A stretch of DNA of 64,000 nucleotides from a virus, in IMG/VR virus record IMGVR_UViG_3300027754_000075, positions 8,748 to 72,747 of that record; one strand, given 5' to 3'. The notes under the pieces were generated by a model. It was given only the letters and a program-made list of their open reading frames with translations. It was not told the origin of the DNA and did not search any database. The position numbers and the translations under genes were made by a program. The first letter of the stretch is position 1, and each line of letters starts with the position of its first letter. Positions 57,302 through 64,000 of this stretch are shown here, in pieces.

Positions 57302-59074
57302 ATGAAATCGGGTGCAAGTGAATCTTCTTATATTTTTCTTCAAAATTATATAAAGATTCCAAAACATATACATATTTCCCACATACCACAAGATCTTTAT
57401 AAATCAAGAAAACAAGTAAAGATTTTATGGGCTCAACATGCATATGACCAACCACATTATATTAATTTTAATAAAAATGTGATTGATTTGATTATATGTC
57501 CATCTGAATGGGCAAAGGAACAATTCATTAAATATCTTAAAGTTCCAGAAAACAAATTAAAGGTGATTAAAACGGGAGTAAATGAGATTTTTACTCCATC
57601 AAAAAACAAAACCAAAACTTTTATTCACACATCTATTCCATATAAAGGTTTGGAATTATTGCCATATATTTTTCCCAAAGTTTTAGAAAAACATCCAGAT
57701 GCGAAACTTAAAGTTTTTTCATCTATGGGACTTTATGAAATAGAAGAAGATCCATATAAAAAAATATATGAAAAACTAAAATCAATTCCAAATGTAGAAT
57801 ATTCTCCTGCAGTCGATCAAAATGAGTTAGTAAAAGCATATCAAGAAGCAGCATTTTTCATTCATCCAAATATATGGGAAGAAACTTTTTGTGTTTCTAT
57901 GGTTGAAGGAATGTCGTGTGGTTGCTATCCAATTATTACAGATATTGGAGCAATACCTGAGATTTCTAAAGGTATTGCAAGTATAGTTCCAATAGAAGGA
58001 ACTCGAACATCCTCTAAATATGAAGTAACAGAGACATTCATAAATAACTTTGTTGAGGCATGTATTAATGCTTGCAATGTTTTCGAAAAAGATCGGTTAT
58101 ATTATGATAAAATTTCATTAAAGATTTCAAATATTACAAAAAAATGTTATGATTGGGGAACAATTTCACAAAAATGGAAACAATTATTAGAGGAGTATCA
58201 AATGAGTGAAAAATTTGAAGAGTTAAATATTATTACATCTCAAGAAGCAATAAGAGAAGATAAAGATTATTTAAAACAGGCATTTGACAATGTTCTCAAA
58301 TGGGAAGAAAGTGATAAAGAACTTGCACAAGGAAGAACTAACTTTCAACTAGAAAAGTTTTTTCTTCTCGAACAATATACAATTCCTGCTGCATTTCAAG
58401 CTGCTATCAAGAATAGACGTTCTATGGCAGAGGCATATATGCAAAAACTCATTGAAATGAAACAAAAGTATCGTGAATTTGAATATAAGTGGAAAGATAA
58501 AGATAAAACTCAACCTATTGAATGGTACGCTACTGGTCCCAATTCTGGAGGGACTAAATTGTGCTGGTATGATTTGGATAAATTTGAAATTACCAATTTT
58601 TTAAAATCTGCAGAACTTGAAATCAGAGATCGGATTCAACAAATACAATTCTTTGATCGTATTATTGAAAAACTAATTGAAAAAAATGGAGGAAAATTAG
58701 TTACCAAAGAGCAATTTGAAGATGAGGATCACGTTTATTGGGAACGTCGTTTTGCTGAACAAGCATTTGACGAAATTATTTCCAAACAAAGTGGAATTTC
58801 TATCGGAAATCTTCATTCAATGCGCCGTGGTACTGCTCCTACATTGGTTACTGGAGATCAAAACATAATAAAAGGTGGTTATCCGGAACTTGGACTTGCT
58901 CTAAATCCAGAAACTTCTCTTCAGTTTCTTCAAGAACTTCAACAAAAAATTATTTCTGGTATGGAAGAGATTACAGGAGAAAAATCTGGCATTTTAAAAG
59001 AACAATCTCAACAACTTCCACAAGAATCTTTTTTTAATAATGATTCTGGTATGCAATTTTATCATGAAGAATGA
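57302..59074 (+). CDS. GT4 (GT-B) glycosyltransferase fused to a C-terminal helical domain
   Basis: GASE, CPSEW, FIHTS.PYKGL, WEETFCVSMVEGMSCG; in-frame internal SD and ATG at 58202. Confidence 0.82.
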   Translation: MKSGASESSYIFLQNYIKIPKHIHISHIPQDLYKSRKQVKILWAQHAYDQPHYINFNKNVIDLIICPSEWAKEQFIKYLKVPENKLKVIKTGVNEIFTPSKNKTKTFIHTSIPYKGLELLPYIFPKVLEKHPDAKLKVFSSMGLYEIEEDPYKKIYEKLKSIPNVEYSPAVDQNELVKAYQEAAFFIHPNIWEETFCVSMVEGMSCGCYPIITDIGAIPEISKGIASIVPIEGTRTSSKYEVTETFINNFVEACINACNVFEKDRLYYDKISLKISNITKKCYDWGTISQKWKQLLEEYQMSEKFEELNIITSQEAIREDKDYLKQAFDNVLKWEESDKELAQGRTNFQLEKFFLLEQYTIPAAFQAAIKNRRSMAEAYMQKLIEMKQKYREFEYKWKDKDKTQPIEWYATGPNSGGTKLCWYDLDKFEITNFLKSAELEIRDRIQQIQFFDRIIEKLIEKNGGKLVTKEQFEDEDHVYWERRFAEQAFDEIISKQSGISIGNLHSMRRGTAPTLVTGDQNIIKGGYPELGLALNPETSLQFLQELQQKIISGMEEITGEKSGILKEQSQQLPQESFFNNDSGMQFYHEE

Positions 59075-59679
59075 AGCAAAAAATTATTATAGTTGATAAT
59101 TTTTACGAAAATCCATGGGAATTTCATCAAGCAGCAATCAATGCTGAATATGAAACTTATCAAAATGCAAATTATCCCGGAAGAAATACAACCCAAAAGT
59201 TTTTTAGTGAAGAAGCACATAAAAAATTATGTCAAATATTGGGCAGAAAAATTATTCCTTCAAATGATTCTTCTTGTGGTAGTTTTCGTTCGGTTTTAGA
59301 AGATGAAAAAGGAAAACTTACAGTTCACAGTGATTCATTTGATGATTGGGCAGGAGTTTTATATCTAACTCTTCCTAGTCATTGTGAAGGAAAACCAGGA
59401 ACAAGTTTTTACATTCATAAACAAACTGGACTTGATCATTTTCCTACAGACGAAGAAATTAAAATGTCTGGATGGACCAATGTTTGGGAAATAAAACAAG
59501 GATTTTCAACAGTTGATACTAATGATCCAAGTGCTTGGAATAAATATTCCACAATTTTTATGAGGTATAATCGTTTGGTTTTATTTGACACCAAATTATG
59601 GCACAGTCCAGAACCTGGTTTTGGCAACTCTTTAAATAATTCTAGAATAGTGCAATTATTTTTTTTAAAAAACGTTTAA
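59071..59679 (+). CDS. 2OG-Fe(II) oxygenase (DUF6445-like)
   Basis: Paralog of 55863: VDNFYENP, YPGR, VHSD, WAGVLYL, LWHS, RIVQLFF. Confidence 0.78.
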   Translation: MKQKIIIVDNFYENPWEFHQAAINAEYETYQNANYPGRNTTQKFFSEEAHKKLCQILGRKIIPSNDSSCGSFRSVLEDEKGKLTVHSDSFDDWAGVLYLTLPSHCEGKPGTSFYIHKQTGLDHFPTDEEIKMSGWTNVWEIKQGFSTVDTNDPSAWNKYSTIFMRYNRLVLFDTKLWHSPEPGFGNSLNNSRIVQLFFLKNV

Positions 59680-59687
59680 ATTACAAA

Positions 59688-60356
59688 ATGAACCCTTTAT
59701 CAAATATTTTAATTAAATCGAATGTTATAACACAAAAAGGAATTGATTTTTTTGTTGATTATATCAAATCACAAAAACAAAGTGATCTTGAAATATTTGA
59801 TGCAAAGACATCAAATGTGCAAAATAAAAACATTAAAAATCCTACATGGAAAACTGACAAATCAGTTAGGGATACTCAAACAGTTTCAATTGATTCTATT
59901 TTGCCTCAAACACACGATTTATTGAAAAATGTCGTTACCAATATTATAAATCCATTTTATAATATTGAAATACATGATAGTGAAATTCCACAATTGTTAG
60001 TCTATAATGTGGGGGGGCATTATAATCCCCATATTGATGGTGAGTCTCCATGGACCAATCCAGATAAAAGTGTTATTTGGAGAAAAATTGCAGACAGAGA
60101 TTTATCAGTTATTCTTTATTTGAATGATGATTTTGAAGGTGGAGATCTTATTTTTCCTGATCTTCACATTCACATTAAACCAAAACCTGGTCTTCTAGTC
60201 ACCTTTCCATCCACACATTTGTATAGACATGGAGTTACTCCAATATCTAAAGGAAAACGTTATGCAATTATAACTTGGATGACTATTAAAGGATTCCCAA
60301 CAGTTAAGGATCAAGAAGAAGAGTTTTCAAAAAAATTTAATATAGATTTGACATAA
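59688..60356 (+). CDS. prolyl 4-hydroxylase-like 2OG-Fe(II) oxygenase
   Basis: Y..GGHYNPHID...LSVILYLNDDFEGGDL.F...FPS...Y.HGVTP...G.RYAIITW. Confidence 0.9.
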   Translation: MNPLSNILIKSNVITQKGIDFFVDYIKSQKQSDLEIFDAKTSNVQNKNIKNPTWKTDKSVRDTQTVSIDSILPQTHDLLKNVVTNIINPFYNIEIHDSEIPQLLVYNVGGHYNPHIDGESPWTNPDKSVIWRKIADRDLSVILYLNDDFEGGDLIFPDLHIHIKPKPGLLVTFPSTHLYRHGVTPISKGKRYAIITWMTIKGFPTVKDQEEEFSKKFNIDLT

Positions 60357-60376
60357 TCACAGACCTGATATATAAT
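60348..60376 (+). promoter_or_regulatory. sigma70-type early promoter
   Basis: Exact TTGACA-17nt-TATAAT, followed by an AGGAGG RBS. Confidence 0.85.
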
Positions 60377-60408
60377 ACTCCTGAATACATTATAAGGAGG
60401 ATGAACTT

Positions 60409-61029
60409 TTGGCGATGCAATCAATTTGGTATTATTCAAACTTACCAGAAGATATCGTAAATATCATAGAACGAGACCTCACAGAGAACTTTGATCCCTC
60501 AATGGGTGACAGTCGTTTACACGGTGATGCTCTCAACAAAGAAAAAAGAAACTCACAAAATACCTGGATACCAACAACACACTGGGTTGCTGGTTTCCTG
60601 TGGCACTATGTACAGAGAGCAAATCGTGAGAACTTTCTGTATGATTTGAGAAATATTGATGGTGAAAGTCTTCAATATACTCGTTATGAGGCAGGACAGT
60701 TTTATGGGTGGCATAATGATGCAGGACTTGCAACACAATACAAACCTCAATCAGTTGGTAATCGTGCAGAAGGACTTGCAAACGACTTTGTGAATGAGAA
60801 CATTGAACTTGTAAGGAAACTTTCATTCTCACTGCAACTTTCGGATCCTGATGATTACGAAGGTGGCAACGTACAACTTTTAGATGAGGCAGGACAAAGT
60901 TATATCGCACCAAGAAAGCGTGGAACGATTGTACTTTTTGACTCCCGTACTCAACATCGGGTTCTTAAAGTAACGAAAGGAACTCGTAAGAGCATTGTAG
61001 GCTGGGTTGTGGGAAAAAGGTGGTGTTGA
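60409..61029 (+). CDS. PKHD-type 2OG-Fe(II) hydroxylase
   Basis: QYTRY..GQFYGWHND...RKLSFSLQLSDP.DYEGG...FDSR..HRV..VTKG.RKSIVGW; TTG start. Confidence 0.9.
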   Translation: MAMQSIWYYSNLPEDIVNIIERDLTENFDPSMGDSRLHGDALNKEKRNSQNTWIPTTHWVAGFLWHYVQRANRENFLYDLRNIDGESLQYTRYEAGQFYGWHNDAGLATQYKPQSVGNRAEGLANDFVNENIELVRKLSFSLQLSDPDDYEGGNVQLLDEAGQSYIAPRKRGTIVLFDSRTQHRVLKVTKGTRKSIVGWVVGKRWC

Positions 61030-61066
61030 CCCCCGATGGAGGTAATACTATAAGAGGACACAAACT

Positions 61067-61783
61067 ATGGAACAAATGAACGAACTGCAACTGCAATGGC
61101 AGGAAAGGACGAATACAGGAACTTCTTGGACTCATAATGAAAGTTTTGAGAAGAATGGATACCTGGTTATCAAGGACTTATGGGACCCAGAAGAACTTTA
61201 TCATCCACTTCCACCAGAAAGAGGACAGATAAACTACTGGGGCAAGAATATGGATCAGTTTAATCACGATCCAGTAGAGCAACAAGTAGAGGGATCACTG
61301 GCACGTTATTGGCACCCACAATATCGTAAGATTCATACTGGTATTCGTCTCAAACTAGAAGAAGTCATTGGTCGGAAACTTTATAATACTTATTATTATG
61401 ATCGTTTTTATTTCCCAGGACAACCACTATTAAAACACGCAGACAGAGATGCCTGTGAGATTTCTGTGAGTGTTCATATCTCTACAACTGTCAAAGAATG
61501 CTGGCCTTTTATCATCAAGACCCCAGACACTTATGTGGATAAGAAGAAAAAGGATGTAGTATTGGTTCCTGGTGAAGAACGTTCTTTATGTTTAGAACCT
61601 GGTGATGGATTACTTTATAAAGGATGTGAGAGACCACATTGGAGAGATCCAATGCCCGGTGGAAAGAAACGTAAGAAACTTTTTGGTAAGTCAATAACAG
61701 AAGATTACTACCATCAAATATTTTTTCATTATTGCCTCCAAGATGGACAGAGAGCACACACGGCTTGGGATAAAGCACGTTGA
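61067..61783 (+). CDS. 2OG-Fe(II) oxygenase-like protein
   Basis: KHADRDACEISVS...PGDGLLYKGCERPHWR...YHQIFFHY; paralog of 32382. Confidence 0.82.
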   Translation: MEQMNELQLQWQERTNTGTSWTHNESFEKNGYLVIKDLWDPEELYHPLPPERGQINYWGKNMDQFNHDPVEQQVEGSLARYWHPQYRKIHTGIRLKLEEVIGRKLYNTYYYDRFYFPGQPLLKHADRDACEISVSVHISTTVKECWPFIIKTPDTYVDKKKKDVVLVPGEERSLCLEPGDGLLYKGCERPHWRDPMPGGKKRKKLFGKSITEDYYHQIFFHYCLQDGQRAHTAWDKAR

Positions 61784-61786
61784 GAT

Positions 61787-62341
61787 ATGAAAACTCCACT
61801 CTTCTCTTACCCCTCTTATCAGTATCAAGTAAATGATTGGTCGTTTAAGAAAAAATCACTACTCAACAGAATCAACTCTCAAAAGTTTGTAAGAACCTCT
61901 ATACAAACCTTTGAGAGCGACAGAAGCACAAACAATAAGTCTTACGTTCACTATTTCCAAGACTTAATTCGTCCAGAGTTATTTGAGTTTTGTAAAGAAG
62001 CAGAAGTATCTTGTAGTATGACTGATTGTTGGACGGTGAGATATCGCAAAGGTGATTATCAAACAGTTCACAATCATCGTTCCTGGGGTTTCTCACTTGT
62101 TCTTTATGTTGAGTATGACCCAAAAGTTCATACTCCCACAACATTTGTATGTCCTTGGCAAGACCCAAGAACTGACACAACAAGTCTTGTATGTCCTCAA
62201 GATGTTTGTGAAGGAACATTGTTTATTGTTCCTTCTTATACACTTCATTATGCAACACCGAATCTATCAAACAAAACCAGAACAGTTATATCAGCAGACT
62301 TACTTCCTAAACTTCCAGAACATCAAACCATAAATAACTAA
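61787..62341 (+). CDS. putative 2OG-Fe(II) oxygenase (TIGR02466-like)
   Basis: YQTVHNH...EGTLFIVPS..LH...RTVIS; paralog of 31826. Confidence 0.8.
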   Translation: MKTPLFSYPSYQYQVNDWSFKKKSLLNRINSQKFVRTSIQTFESDRSTNNKSYVHYFQDLIRPELFEFCKEAEVSCSMTDCWTVRYRKGDYQTVHNHRSWGFSLVLYVEYDPKVHTPTTFVCPWQDPRTDTTSLVCPQDVCEGTLFIVPSYTLHYATPNLSNKTRTVISADLLPKLPEHQTINN

Positions 62342-62352
62342 AAAAAAGTATT

Positions 62353-62532
62353 ATGTACCGCATACAAAAGTCAGAGAACATTCAGGGACAACTTAAAGAG
62401 ATCTATTATCAAGGTAATTATCGTTGGAATACTGATTTCAGTGTTCGTAAACTTTATGAAACTGCAGAAGAAGCACAAGCAGACCTATATTCTTTTGGTG
62501 GTGAAATAAGTGCCGAAGTCGTTGGTGAATAA
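62353..62532 (+). CDS. small hypothetical protein (59 aa)
   Basis: Not in the ORF track. MYRIQK...IYYQGNYRW...RKLY; late promoter at 62329. Confidence 0.7.
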   Translation: MYRIQKSENIQGQLKEIYYQGNYRWNTDFSVRKLYETAEEAQADLYSFGGEISAEVVGE

Positions 62533-62551
62533 GCACCAATAGACCATCTTA

Positions 62552-62601
62552 CAAACTGTCCACTCACCCTCTGGAATCCCACCAGAGGGTTTTATAGTAT
62601 G
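62552..62601 (+). promoter_or_regulatory. promoter/stem-loop element
   Basis: AAACTGTCCAC, then hairpin ACCCTCTGG-7nt-CCAGAGGGT, then TATAGT. Confidence 0.6.
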
Positions 62602-62624
62602 TAAGAATCCAAGAAGAACCAAGA

Positions 62625-62726
62625 GTGTCCCTTTCTAACCTTGACCGATTAATTTTTATCATATCATTTCTTGCATTTATGAACTGGGGAACTCGTATCG
62701 TTAAAGTTGTTCTGACTTCTTTTTAA
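62625..62726 (+). CDS. small hydrophobic peptide (33 aa, GTG start)
   Basis: SLSNLDRLIFIISFLAFMNWGTRIVKVVLTSF; the stop abuts the next ATG. Confidence 0.45.
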   Translation: MSLSNLDRLIFIISFLAFMNWGTRIVKVVLTSF

Positions 62727-63146
62727 ATGCTCACGATTTATACAAGCGGTTATTCATACTCTCACAAGCACTGCTGTGCCCTTGTAATCTGGTTTTGTGA
62801 GAAGTATCTACCCAGACATAAGATTGAGATAGAAGTTCTTCACAGGGGTCTTGTGAGAGAAGGTGTTTATGGTTGGTGTAGTATTCAGGATTGTGACTGG
62901 AGACCACGAAGTTTTTTGATTGAGATTCATAATCGTCTTTCAAAAGAAGATTATATGAAGACAATATTTCACGAAATGCAACATATTTTACAACATATTC
63001 GTGGTGATTTAAGAGATAAGAGAGGTATTCGTTGCTGGAAAGGTATTGATTGTTCTGATTTAGATTATAAAGAAATGCCATGGGAAACCGATGCTCATCA
63101 AAGAGAACTGGATCTTTATGAAGAGTACTTGACAGAGCATTCATAA
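62727..63146 (+). CDS. HExxH zinc metallopeptidase-like protein
   Basis: TIFHEMQHILQH and PWE.DA motifs. Confidence 0.75.
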   Translation: MLTIYTSGYSYSHKHCCALVIWFCEKYLPRHKIEIEVLHRGLVREGVYGWCSIQDCDWRPRSFLIEIHNRLSKEDYMKTIFHEMQHILQHIRGDLRDKRGIRCWKGIDCSDLDYKEMPWETDAHQRELDLYEEYLTEHS

Positions 63147-63157
63147 ATTGATATAAT
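63129..63157 (+). promoter_or_regulatory. sigma70-type early promoter
   Basis: Exact TTGACA-17nt-TATAAT. Confidence 0.8.
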
Positions 63158-63234
63158 ACCTTTGTGAGGGTTGATAAGCATGTATAAGATTCTTTAAGGG
63201 TAAATAATAAAAAATAATCTTATCTTAATTTAAG

Positions 63235-63474
63235 ATGACAAATTCCTACATTTGGTTTCTTCCATTCGGTGTTATTCTTTATTTGATGATAATGGACGAA
63301 AACATTACAAAATATGTAATACTACTCTTTGAGTCTCTTTCTGTTTATGCCGAAAGAAGATTTTTAATGATTAAACTTCATCCCTTCTGGTTCACAAATC
63401 CAATCTCTCAAAGAATAATGATGAAGAAATATGAAAAAATGGCACAAAAACTCTTGACAAATCATAAACCATAA
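63235..63474 (+). CDS. small hypothetical protein with hydrophobic N-terminus
   Basis: 79-aa ORF in the sense direction. Confidence 0.65.
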   Translation: MTNSYIWFLPFGVILYLMIMDENITKYVILLFESLSVYAERRFLMIKLHPFWFTNPISQRIMMKKYEKMAQKLLTNHKP

Positions 63475-63483
63475 AATCAGTTT

Positions 63484-63533
63484 AGAAACCGGCACACAGA
63501 CCCCTTTACGGGGGTCTTTTTTTGTGCTATACT
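63484..63533 (+). promoter_or_regulatory. terminator-like stem-loop embedded in a promoter element
   Basis: AAACCGGCACAC, then AGACCCC-6nt-GGGGTCT, a T-run and extended -10 TGcTATACT. Confidence 0.65.
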
Positions 63534-63558
63534 ACACTCATAAACACAAACATCCCTG

Positions 63559-63741
63559 ATGTCTGAACGATCCGAAATCTTAATGAAACAAGTCTGGGAT
63601 GTAAATGCATCCACAGAAGAAGAACTGGTCTCATCGGTTCTTAAACTTGCGGTAGAACATATTCAATCTTATAATGCCCAGAATGATATGATTGTTTTGG
63701 ATAAAAATGACCTCCTACAACTTGCAGAGGAACTCAAATGA
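63559..63741 (+). CDS. small hypothetical protein
   Basis: 60-aa ORF after the promoter element. Confidence 0.7.
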   Translation: MSERSEILMKQVWDVNASTEEELVSSVLKLAVEHIQSYNAQNDMIVLDKNDLLQLAEELK

Positions 63742-63953
63742 ACGGATGGAGTCTTCTACAAGAACAAATGGATGCCGAAAAGAAGCAAAAGAGGAATGAT
63801 GCTCTTGGACTAATTATTGAGTCTGTATTACAACCAGACCATAAACTACGTCAGTGTGCTCATAATCAAAAATGCTATAATGAGTTGATGGAATGGAGAG
63901 AAGAAGCATTAGTGTATCTCAATCAACGCCGAAAAGATGAGTTTGATGTATGA
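63738..63953 (+). CDS. small hypothetical protein
   Basis: ATGA overlap; ESVLQPDHKLRQCAHNQKCYNELMEWR. Confidence 0.7.
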   Translation: MNGWSLLQEQMDAEKKQKRNDALGLIIESVLQPDHKLRQCAHNQKCYNELMEWREEALVYLNQRRKDEFDV

Positions 63954-64000
63954 TTGACCCCAAAGATGATGCTCCGTGGCTTGATACCAAGTATGATGGT
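63950..64000 (+). CDS. hypothetical protein (truncated by window end)
   Basis: ATGA overlap; MIDPKDDAPWLDTKYDG is open to the edge. Confidence 0.5.
   Translation, partial: MIDPKDDAPWLDTKYDG

Noticed and set aside
54549-60356. DNA hypermodification cluster
   Set aside because: Not excluded but disfavoured: no thymidylate synthase homologue, nucleotide kinase, TET/JBP or DNA methylase is seen, and the context is late and fibre-linked.
1101-63144. Many overlapping alternative-frame and antisense ORFs in the track (e.g. 43927..44421, 45712..46305, 48286..48783, 62731..63144)
   Set aside because: They are shadows of Gly/Thr/Val codon bias in the real genes and show no recognisable motifs or starts.
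1-64000. tRNA/rRNA genes, introns, inteins, stop-codon reassignment
   Set aside because: No cloverleaf, splicing or intein motifs were recognised by eye, and long genes are intact in the standard code with TAA, TAG and TGA all used as stops.

Overview
The window is 64 kb of an AT-rich T4-like myophage genome. It is most consistent with a cyanomyovirus, probably freshwater (inference from gene content and order). 1-18 kb is the head-completion and baseplate-hub module: gp2, gp4, a gp54/gp19-fold gene, gp26, gp51, two tape-measure-like proteins carrying lysozyme domains, a gp27-like hub, a split gp5 and a large PA14-repeat protein. 18.8-54.5 kb is a large receptor-binding region of about 20 fibre, spike and adhesin genes, mostly arranged as late-promoter units pairing a fibre with a Gly-rich, lectin or propeller tip. 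Two AT-rich enzyme clusters (31.2-36.1 kb and 54.5-62.3 kb) directly follow tip genes. Together they encode 13 2OG-Fe(II) oxygenases, 2 sulfotransferases, 2 glycosyltransferases and a methyltransferase. Small early genes lie at 18.1-18.6 kb and 62.6-64 kb. The main signals are a candidate adhesin-tailoring enzyme system, a plug-and-socket fibre/tip architecture with a perfect 116-bp repeat feeding two alternative tips, a likely -1 frameshift fusing gp26 to gp51, and a 45-bp promoter-like in-frame insertion in a fibre chaperone domain. I saw no tRNA, rRNA, CRISPR array, integrase or reverse transcriptase. All protein assignments come from motif recognition by eye, not from database searches.
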